Origin: Candidatus Enterousia sp.
GTDB lineage: Bacteria > Pseudomonadota > Alphaproteobacteria > Rs-D84
Direction of reading: 5' to 3'
Length of the DNA: 64,000 bases
Assembly: GCA_045546075.1 (NCBI GenBank)
Contig: JAZQCF010000017.1
Location: forward strand, 10,254 to 74,253
The position numbers and the translations under genes are program-made. The number at the start of each line of letters is the position of its first letter. Positions within the stretch are counted from its first letter, which is position 1. The notes under the pieces are model-generated. The model was not told where the DNA came from. It was given only the letters and a program-made list of their open reading frames with translations, and ran no database searches. Below are positions 54,275 to 61,624 of the stretch, piece after piece.

Positions 54275-55555
54275 TTAAATTGGTAATACAACCCGAACAC
54301 GCAGACCGCCCAATTCGCTGTCTTCCAGAAAGATTTGTCCACCGTGATTTTCAATCGCCGTTTTCGCAATAGATAGCCCCAATCCCGTTCCACCGGTGTC
54401 TGCCGCGCGCGCATCGTCCAGGCGCACAAACGGCCGCATTGCATCCGCCTTTTGGTTGTCGGGAATGCCCGGCCCGTCATCTTCGATTATAATGGTTGTA
54501 TCGTTTGGACCATCGATTTCGGTTATTTTTATAATCTTGCTTGCGTAACGTGCCGCATTTTCAATTATGTTGCCAAACGCGCGCGCCAGTGCCATTGGGC
54601 GTGCGTAAAACTGAACCGGGGTATCCGGAAATTCGGTTAAAATGCGCTTGTCCGGGGCGGCATCGCGTGCGATTCGCAACAGCATCGGTGGCAATTCGGT
54701 GGATTGTTCAATTTCCGGCACTTCGCCCCGTGCAAATGCCAGATATCCATTTATCATCGTGCCCATACGGTCAATGTCGGCCAACAGCATATCTTTGTCC
54801 GCACTGTCTGTTTCAATGGCAAGTCGCATCCGCGCCAGTGGCGATTTCAAATCGTGACTGACCGCGTTCAGCATATCGGTCCGGGTGCGATTATATCGGT
54901 CTAATCGTTCCTTCATTGTTATCATCGCGGTTGCGGCCTCGCGTATTTCGCGGGAACCTGTCGGTTGAAAGCCCGGCGCATCCAAACCACGCCCGAAACG
55001 ATTTGCCGCATGCGCAATGCGACGGATACTGCGATTGTGCAATATAATAAAAGGAGAAACCAAGATTGATACAATCAAAATTGCCCCAATTAACCAGATT
55101 ATAAATACTTCGGTACTGGTGGAATAAATGCGATAAAGACTTGTCCCGAACGTGGCAATTTTGCCGTTGCGCGTGGGTATGTCAATATAGATAAGGCGCG
55201 AAGCCCTGTCGATATATATATCGGCGTGACGCTTTATGCGGTTGGACAATTCGTGCGCAAGTAATCCAGCCTCACGCGAGTGATTATCATTATGCTTTGG
55301 GCGATTCAATTTGTCGTGAATTGAAAAATTTATTCCAACATCGCCGGCCGTTTTTTGTGCCGCCACAATATCGCCTGAATCCATAAAATTCATCATCGTT
55401 GTAACCTCGCCGGCCAGGGTGCGCGCCAATGTCGCGTGCACGCGCGCCCAATGGTTGCCAAAAAATACGTTGGCAATAATAACCTGGGCCACAACCAACG
55501 GGACCAATATCAATAAAATTGTGCGTCCAAAAAAACTGCGTGGAATCAATCTCAT
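54275..55555 (-). CDS. sensor histidine kinase (EnvZ-type architecture)
   Basis: ORF trimmed to MRLIPRSFFGRTILLIL...; two TM segments; H-box SHDLKSPLARM; ATP-lid DDGPGIP and GTGLGLSIA. Starts 4 nt after the regulator stop. Confidence 0.88.
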   Translation of the reverse strand: MRLIPRSFFGRTILLILVPLVVAQVIIANVFFGNHWARVHATLARTLAGEVTTMMNFMDSGDIVAAQKTAGDVGINFSIHDKLNRPKHNDNHSREAGLLAHELSNRIKRHADIYIDRASRLIYIDIPTRNGKIATFGTSLYRIYSTSTEVFIIWLIGAILIVSILVSPFIILHNRSIRRIAHAANRFGRGLDAPGFQPTGSREIREAATAMITMKERLDRYNRTRTDMLNAVSHDLKSPLARMRLAIETDSADKDMLLADIDRMGTMINGYLAFARGEVPEIEQSTELPPMLLRIARDAAPDKRILTEFPDTPVQFYARPMALARAFGNIIENAARYASKIIKITEIDGPNDTTIIIEDDGPGIPDNQKADAMRPFVRLDDARAADTGGTGLGLSIAKTAIENHGGQIFLEDSELGGLRVRVVLPI

Positions 55556-55559
55556 ATGT

Positions 55560-56213
55560 TTATTCTGCCTTTGTTTCACAGTCCATTGTTGAACATACCA
55601 ATTTGTAACCACGGCTGCGTATGGTTACAATGTCCAGATTTGATAATACACCATTTAATTTATTCCGCAAGCGTTTTGCGACCATCGGTGGTGCCGCAAC
55701 AATATTTCCAATCGGGCACGTCAAATTCGCCAATAATTTTTTTTCTTCGCCGGACAGTGCCAAAATGCGCATATCTCCATCGGGCGACCGGACAAAAAAT
55801 TCGTCCCCATTTAGAACCAATCCATCCGGCATTTTTGGTGTTGTGGTGATGCCGTGTCGTGTGACGTTATTTATGCGCAGTATCAATTCACGTAACTGAA
55901 ACGGCTTTGCCATATAATCGTCCGCCCCACCGACCAGACCGTCAATGGCATTTTCCGCCCCACCCATCGCGGTCAGCATTATTGTTGGTGTGTTGTTACC
56001 GGTTGCACGCAATTCTTTTAGAAATGTTAATCCGTCTGTGCCGACCATCATACGGTCCAAAACAATCGCATCAACCGATATGCGTTGCAATATTTCGCGC
56101 GCAAATGCGGCCGATTCTGCGGTTAAAACGTTAAAGCCCGCCGTACGCAATCCGCGTGCAAGCGTTGCGCGTAACATATTATCATCGTCAACAACAAGAA
56201 TAGTCTTATTCAT
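55560..56213 (-). CDS. OmpR-family response regulator
   Basis: ORF trimmed to MNKTILVVDDDNMLR...; receiver domain plus a winged-helix C-terminus (...IVTIRSRGYKL). Confidence 0.9.
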   Translation of the reverse strand: MNKTILVVDDDNMLRATLARGLRTAGFNVLTAESAAFAREILQRISVDAIVLDRMMVGTDGLTFLKELRATGNNTPTIMLTAMGGAENAIDGLVGGADDYMAKPFQLRELILRINNVTRHGITTTPKMPDGLVLNGDEFFVRSPDGDMRILALSGEEKKLLANLTCPIGNIVAAPPMVAKRLRNKLNGVLSNLDIVTIRSRGYKLVCSTMDCETKAE

Positions 56214-56277
56214 ATGTGTCGGGCCCTTTGATATTATCTTAGGCATTTTTTGTGCCGATTTCAAGCCCGACCGCAAG

Positions 56278-57183
56278 TTATTTACGCAGTGGTTCAACCG
56301 CATACTCGCCAGGCTGAATTGTTTGAATCAAGTTTTCATTTTCATCAACCGCCGCACGGAATTGCATACCGCCCGTTGTAAATTCTGTTTTGAACAGTGC
56401 ATATCCCGTTCCACCACCGGTGGTTGGGCCCTGGGTCCCCAATGAATAGTATCCACCCAAAATACCATAATCTAAATCGATATAATCCAGATTCACCAAC
56501 AACGATACATTGCTGAAACCGTCACTGGTCATATTACACGTGAATTCCCGATTCGATAATGTTGCCGATGAATTGTTCGGTATAACGATATCCATAATTG
56601 TTGGTTCACAAACGCGATTTATACCGTTTACCAACAATTCATAGGTCATATTTACGGTTGCACGCGACAGGCCTGTTGAAACATTAACCTGGGATATTGT
56701 GGCCTTGGGTATCTTGATAAGGGCGTTTGCGATGCCCGAACGAACCGGGAAAGAAATACCCGATTGCAGGCAATCACGCGAAAACGGGTCTGCTTCGCAG
56801 ATGTAAAGCCGCGAATGGGCGTTCATCATAAATGTATTAACCAGGCTGTTAAATAAAAATGTGCGTGTAATTTTATCGTTCAGGCGTGTGCATCCAAAAT
56901 TACGACACACAACCATCGGGCGTTCTGCGAACATAACGCCCGGGTGCGCAAAAGATTCTGCCTCGCGCGCATCCAATATATTTTGGTCATAATTCAAACT
57001 GTCCGCGCGTTGCATAAATTCACTTTCGGGGACAAAGTTCGGGTCATCCGGGTATGCATAGTATGATTGAACCGGTGTTTCGGTATAGATTGTTTGAAAG
57101 TTTTCTTCAATATACTGGGTTGCACCAAATGCGCCCGATGTAACAACTATGCCCAAAACCGCCATTAAAACTGAATTTTTCAT
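56278..57183 (-). CDS. secreted hypothetical protein (301 aa)
   Basis: Signal peptide MKNSVLMAVLGIVVTSGAFGA. Lies upstream of, and on the same strand as, the two-component pair. No family recognised. Confidence 0.7.
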   Translation of the reverse strand: MKNSVLMAVLGIVVTSGAFGATQYIEENFQTIYTETPVQSYYAYPDDPNFVPESEFMQRADSLNYDQNILDAREAESFAHPGVMFAERPMVVCRNFGCTRLNDKITRTFLFNSLVNTFMMNAHSRLYICEADPFSRDCLQSGISFPVRSGIANALIKIPKATISQVNVSTGLSRATVNMTYELLVNGINRVCEPTIMDIVIPNNSSATLSNREFTCNMTSDGFSNVSLLVNLDYIDLDYGILGGYYSLGTQGPTTGGGTGYALFKTEFTTGGMQFRAAVDENENLIQTIQPGEYAVEPLRK

Positions 57184-57333
57184 TTTGTTTGCCCTTCCCT
57201 TGGTACATTCATAGCATTATTCTAAAACATTATGGCCGTTCGTGTCAAAGCAAAAATTTTTATTGAAAATTGGTTATTGTTTGTTCTATAAGACATATTA
57301 TAATAACAGAACAAAAATGGAAAGGTGTTATTT

Positions 57334-57993
57334 ATGGTTGACATTATTATATCGGGCGATGCGGGCAAATTACACGCAGTATATCATAAATCTGTGACGG
57401 CGGCTGCGCCTTTGGCGGTTGTGCTGTCGGGGAATCCGCGGCAAAAGCATCATATGAATGACCGGATATCATATGCGATGTTTCGGGCGTTTATGGACAT
57501 TGGTTTTTCGGTTGTGCGATTTAACTATCGTGGTGTTGGTGATTCCGAAGGTGCACTTGGAACCACGGCGGATAATATGTTGGATATCGCGACCGTTATT
57601 GATTGGATACAGAATCATAACGAAGACAGTGATAAGATATGGTTGGCGGGGCACCAGTTGGGGGCTTGGTACGTGTTACAAACATTGATGCGCCGGCCTG
57701 AGGTTTCGGGTTTTGCGTTGGTGTCGCCAGATGCATCTGTGTCTGATTTTGCATTTTTATCACCGCGACCAAATCGTGGATTATTACTGCAAGGTGCCGA
57801 AGAGACCGAAGATGCACGTGCATTTTCAACACATTTGACCCAGGTTTTGAAAAAACAGGCACAAATTGATTTGGAAACTATACGGATTAAAGGCGCAAAT
57901 GAAACATACGGTGCGCCGGCCGATTTGCGTCAATTATATAATGATCTTAAGGCATACGTTGGTCGTGAAAATGCCGATACTAAATTATTGTAA
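57334..57993 (+). CDS. alpha/beta-fold hydrolase
   Basis: ORF trimmed to the ATG at 57334 (MVDIIISGDAGKLHAVYH...). Nucleophile-elbow-like AGHQLG; length about 220 aa. Confidence 0.7.
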   Translation: MVDIIISGDAGKLHAVYHKSVTAAAPLAVVLSGNPRQKHHMNDRISYAMFRAFMDIGFSVVRFNYRGVGDSEGALGTTADNMLDIATVIDWIQNHNEDSDKIWLAGHQLGAWYVLQTLMRRPEVSGFALVSPDASVSDFAFLSPRPNRGLLLQGAEETEDARAFSTHLTQVLKKQAQIDLETIRIKGANETYGAPADLRQLYNDLKAYVGRENADTKLL

Positions 57994-58007
57994 TATATGG
58001 TTGAAAA

Positions 58008-58997
58008 ATGGAAAACAAAAACAGATTCTTGGATCCAAATATACCCGATGAAATGGCGGCAACTATACGCCCCAAGACCTTGGCGGATTTTATTGGGCAC
58101 GATTCGTTAAAGCAGAATTTGTCTGTGTTCATATCTGGCGCACGTGCGCGCGGGGAACCGATGGACCACGTGTTGCTCTATGGGCCACCGGGGTTGGGAA
58201 AAACAACGTTGGCGCATATCGTGGCGAACGAATTGGGGGCAAATTTTCGGGCAACATCTGCGCCAATGCTTACCAAACAGGGGGATTTGGCGGCAATATT
58301 GACGGCATTGGAACCGATGGATGTTCTGTTTATCGATGAAATTCATCGACTGCCCACCGCGATAGAAGAAGTTTTGTATTCTGCAATGGAAGATTTCAAA
58401 TTAGATATTATGTTGGGCGAAGGTCCGTCGGCAAAAAGTGTTCGAATCGATTTACCGCCATTTACATTGGTGGGTGCAACGACACGGACGGGTTTGTTGT
58501 CGAATCCTTTGCGGGACCGGTTTGGAATTGATTTGCGATTAAGTTTTTACCCGCCCGAAGATTTGGCCAAAATTATTCGGCGCAGTGCCGGAATTTTGGG
58601 AACTGAAATTGATGCGGCGGGCGCGTTGGTTTTGGCACAAAGTTCACGTGGGACACCGCGTATCGCGAACCGGTTGTTAAAGCGCGCACGTGATTTTGCC
58701 GCGGCAATGGGAACTGGGATAATCACGGCGGACGTGATAAAAACAACACTTAATCAACTGAATATTGATAAAAATGGTTTGGACCAAATTGACCGTGAAT
58801 ATTTAAGTGCGATTATAATGCATTATGCGGGCGGCCCGGTTGGAATTGATAATTTGGCGGCGGCCTTGGCCGAGCCTGCCGATACAATCGAAGATGTGAT
58901 TGAACCATATTTGATGCAGTTGGGATTAATTCAGCGAACGCCCCGTGGACGTATTGTAACCGATGCGGGCTATCGCCATATGGGATTGGAGAAATAA
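58008..58997 (+). CDS. ruvB: Holliday junction branch migration helicase RuvB
   Basis: Walker [12 protein letters not shown], Walker [10 protein letters not shown] and the RuvB winged-helix C-terminus. 329 aa. No ruvA is adjacent. Confidence 0.95.
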   Translation: MENKNRFLDPNIPDEMAATIRPKTLADFIGHDSLKQNLSVFISGARARGEPMDHVLLYGPPGLGKTTLAHIVANELGANFRATSAPMLTKQGDLAAILTALEPMDVLFIDEIHRLPTAIEEVLYSAMEDFKLDIMLGEGPSAKSVRIDLPPFTLVGATTRTGLLSNPLRDRFGIDLRLSFYPPEDLAKIIRRSAGILGTEIDAAGALVLAQSSRGTPRIANRLLKRARDFAAAMGTGIITADVIKTTLNQLNIDKNGLDQIDREYLSAIIMHYAGGPVGIDNLAAALAEPADTIEDVIEPYLMQLGLIQRTPRGRIVTDAGYRHMGLEK

Positions 58998-58999
58998 TA

Positions 59000-59380
59000 A
59001 TGAATATACATAAATTTAATTTTTCGGTTGCCTATGCCGACACCGATGCGGGTGGAATAATGTATCATGGGCGTTATATTGAAATTGCCGAACGTGCGCG
59101 TATGAATTGGTTGGGCAAAAATGCGCGGCCGAATCCGGCGGATTTTGGTTTGGTGATAAGAAATTTAACAATTCAATATAAAAGGCCACTGTTTTTGGCG
59201 GATGAATTTGTGGTGGAAACCGTTGTAACGGGCGTTGGCGCGGCATCTGTGTCGGTTGAACAAAAATTCGTGAAAAATGGTGAAATTTGTGCTATACTTA
59301 CCGGGACGGCGGCATATCTGGATGCAACAGGTCGACCGACACGGTTGCCGGATGTATTGGCGCGCGCATTGGGAAATTAA
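59000..59380 (+). CDS. ybgC: YbgC-type acyl-CoA thioesterase (4HBT fold)
   Basis: 126 aa; V.YADTDAGGIMYHGRYIEIAERAR pattern. Located immediately upstream of tolQ. Confidence 0.8.
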   Translation: MNIHKFNFSVAYADTDAGGIMYHGRYIEIAERARMNWLGKNARPNPADFGLVIRNLTIQYKRPLFLADEFVVETVVTGVGAASVSVEQKFVKNGEICAILTGTAAYLDATGRPTRLPDVLARALGN

Positions 59381-59398
59381 AGAAAAAAAGGAATAAAA

Positions 59399-59839
59399 AT
59401 GAATGCGTTTTCTTTGTGGAGATTATTTACAGGCGATATTGTAACGGCGCTGGCATCCATTGTTTTGGTGGTGTTCAGTATTATGTCGTGGGCGGTTATT
59501 GTGGAAAAAATCCGCCTGTTTCACGGTGTTAAACATAAAAAGATAACGGGCAATCCGGACGAAGCGATTCGTCCGTTTGATAAAAACCTGTGGTTTTTGG
59601 CCATGTGCGCATATGTATCACCCTTTATTGGATTGTTTGGAACGGTTTGGGGTGTTATGGATTCTTTTGCGTCCATTGGGGCGAATCAATCGGTCAGTAT
59701 TGGTGTTATTGCCCCCGGTTTGGCAATCGCACTGGGGACGACCGCGCTGGGGTTGATTGTTGCGATACCTGCGGCAATCGCGCACCAGGTTTTTTCCAAA
59801 CGCACCGATGATTTGTATGAAAAAATTGGGGGAAAATAA
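59399..59839 (+). CDS. tolQ: MotA/TolQ/ExbB-family proton channel (short TolQ, 146 aa)
   Basis: Three TM segments; conserved ...GLFGTVWGVM..F and ...ALGTTALGLIVAIPA. Located between ybgC and tolR. Confidence 0.8.
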   Translation: MNAFSLWRLFTGDIVTALASIVLVVFSIMSWAVIVEKIRLFHGVKHKKITGNPDEAIRPFDKNLWFLAMCAYVSPFIGLFGTVWGVMDSFASIGANQSVSIGVIAPGLAIALGTTALGLIVAIPAAIAHQVFSKRTDDLYEKIGGK

Positions 59840-59840
59840 A

Positions 59841-60242
59841 ATGGCACGGCGCAGACACAGAATTACGGATGCGACGCTGTCTTTAACGCCGATGATTGAC
59901 GTGATGACGGTGTTGTTGGCGGTGTTTATGGTGACAACCCCGATGATGACAAATGGCATAGATTTGGATTTGCCAAATGCCGGAACAACGGTTTTGACCG
60001 GGACAGACCACGCGATGCAAATCAGTGTGGATTCGGCGGGGCGGTATTATATTGGCACAAATCAGTTACCTTTGGAAGACGTGATTAAACGTGCGGTTGC
60101 AATGCGTGGGGAAAATTCAAACCTGGCGATTGTGATAAATGGTGACCGGCGTGCCGATTATGGTGCGGTTATGGCGGTTATGGGAAAATTAAAAACCGCA
60201 GGTTTTGAGCGTGTGGGGTTGCGGACAAAGTTGGATAAATAA
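59841..60242 (+). CDS. tolR: ExbD/TolR-family protein
   Basis: ORF trimmed to MARRRHRITDATLSLTPMIDVMTVLLAVFMV.... Confidence 0.85.
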   Translation: MARRRHRITDATLSLTPMIDVMTVLLAVFMVTTPMMTNGIDLDLPNAGTTVLTGTDHAMQISVDSAGRYYIGTNQLPLEDVIKRAVAMRGENSNLAIVINGDRRADYGAVMAVMGKLKTAGFERVGLRTKLDK

Positions 60243-60244
60243 AA

Positions 60245-61003
60245 ATGGGACGCTTTAACCATTTTATGACGGAAAATTTGGGGTTTTCGGTGTTGGGGCA
60301 CCTGGTGGTGTTGGGTGTCGTTGTGCTTATGGCGGATGTTATGATTGGTGGATATGAACGGTTTATTGCGCCCGACCGGATTCAAATAACGATGATAGAT
60401 TTAGACAATGTGCGTGTTATGGGTGATGAAACAATACTCTATAATACAAATGTTGATGATTCCAAGAAAGACACGGTGAAAGAACCAGAAAAGAAAGAAA
60501 CACCGGAACAAAATGCCGCACAAAATCAAACCGAAGAAATGAAATCTACAACCTTGGTTCCGGACGAAAAACAGCAAAAGGTAGAGCCGGATAAAAACAA
60601 AACGGATGAAAAAAATCCAGATGAAACATCGGCCCCAAAAACCAAGACGGTTGTGCGTGTAAATCGTAATGTTGTGTCGTTGGACCGGACGTTGACGGTG
60701 TCGGTTGTTGATGCGCTGCGTGTGGCGATGACACGGTGTTGGACAATTAATACGGCGTATCCTGGAATTGACGGAATTCGTGCGGTTGCGCATTTAACAA
60801 TGCGGCAAAATGGAACCGTGGCGGATGTTTGGTTCGAATCGGCGGCGCGCGCGGAAACGGATCCGGCGTTTGCGTATGTTTTGGAAACGATTCGTTCTGC
60901 AATCAATGTGTGCCAGCCTTTACGTATGTTGCCGGCAAATGAATATAATAAATGGCAAAAAATTCAATTAACGTTCTATCCCACCACCGGTGCAGTGATG
61001 TAG
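60245..61003 (+). CDS. TolA/TonB-family protein (TM anchor, charged linker, C-terminal domain)
   Basis: An N-terminal TM segment (FSVLGHLVVLGVVVLMADV) is followed by a Lys/Glu/Pro-rich linker. Its position after tolQR suggests TolA. Confidence 0.65.
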   Translation: MGRFNHFMTENLGFSVLGHLVVLGVVVLMADVMIGGYERFIAPDRIQITMIDLDNVRVMGDETILYNTNVDDSKKDTVKEPEKKETPEQNAAQNQTEEMKSTTLVPDEKQQKVEPDKNKTDEKNPDETSAPKTKTVVRVNRNVVSLDRTLTVSVVDALRVAMTRCWTINTAYPGIDGIRAVAHLTMRQNGTVADVWFESAARAETDPAFAYVLETIRSAINVCQPLRMLPANEYNKWQKIQLTFYPTTGAVM

Positions 61004-61119
61004 GGTATTAGTGATTAGTGGATAGTGTTAGTGGTTAGTAGAATCTGGCATAATTTCATAATAACGAACTTATTCCAGGAACCATTAATTAGCCACTGTC
61101 CACTTGCAATAATCACTAA
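61001..61119 (+). repeat. about 119-bp palindromic 3' element (second copy), starting with the stop codon of the TolA-like gene
   Basis: The left arm is TAGGGTAT TAGTGAT TAGTGGA TAGTGT TAGTGGT TAGTAG (61001-61041). The core CTGGCATAATTTCATAATAACGAACTTATTCCAG follows. The degenerate inverted arm spans 61082-61119. The core has the same orientation relative to the upstream gene as at argS. Confidence 0.8.
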
Positions 61120-61140
61120 AAACGCCCCCTTGCGGGGGCG
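61116..61140 (-). terminator. Rho-independent terminator of rnpB
   Basis: CGCCCCC-GCAA-GGGGGCG on the minus strand, followed by TTTTT. Confidence 0.8.
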
Positions 61141-61486
61141 AATTGCCGTACAGTTGGACGATAAGCCGGATTCTGTCCCGCCCAGGCCCCGTGTCGTTCC
61201 GGCGCGTTCGACACCAAACATTGGGTGGTGGACATAATTAATCTGCACATTGTGTTACCACCATGTGTCAAGCCCTCTACCCGCCTCCGATTCGGGACAA
61301 ATCATAGAGGCCTATTTGAAGTTGCTGCACACAGAGATTGCCCGTTTCACTCAGGTCGAACCTGCTTCGTCACTGTTGCTCTAATCGTCGGGTTGCCCCG
61401 CCCGGCCGTTAACCGGTGTGCTGTCCCGCGCAGTCCGGACTTTCCTCCGCCACAAATGTAACGGCTATGTCCTGTCCAACTGTTGC
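61141..61486 (-). ncRNA. rnpB: RNase P RNA (bacterial type A)
   Basis: The minus strand carries the universally conserved GGCGGAGGAAAGTCCGGAC (reverse complement of about 61431-61450) and ACAGAATCCGGCTTATCG (reverse complement of 61159-61176). P1 pairs ACAGTTGG at the 5' end with CCAACTGT at the 3' end. It has its own promoter and terminator. Ends are uncertain by about 5 nt. Confidence 0.9.
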
Positions 61487-61490
61487 GGGC

Positions 61491-61518
61491 ATTATAATTT
61501 ATTGGTTTTGAAAAGCAA
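61491..61518 (-). promoter_or_regulatory. sigma70-like promoter of rnpB (TTGCTT-N16-TATAAT)
   Basis: On the minus strand, TATAAT is at 61491-61496 and TTGCTT at 61513-61518, which places the transcription start about 7 nt downstream at the start of P1. Confidence 0.6.
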
Positions 61519-61562
61519 ATTTTTTGTTTTAATAAAATTTATAAAAAATATGTTTTTATTGG

Positions 61563-61592
61563 TTGACGCGTCCTGATGATTTTTTCTAAGAT
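61563..61592 (+). promoter_or_regulatory. sigma70-like promoter (TTGACG-N18-TAAGAT)
   Basis: Upstream of the 61625 ATG; RBS AGGAAGG at about 61609-61615. Confidence 0.45.
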
Positions 61593-61624
61593 ACTATTAC
61601 AAGCACAGGAAGGATTGGGAATTT

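Noticed and set aside
57268-57320. Possible alphaproteobacterial LexA (SOS) box upstream of the hydrolase-ruvB genes: GAAC-N7-GAAA at about 57309-57323, and a TGTTCT...AGAACA inverted repeat
   Set aside because: It is only a one-mismatch half-match to GAAC-N7-GAAC in AT-rich sequence, which is easily found by chance. No second supporting site exists, and no equivalent box was seen upstream of ssb.
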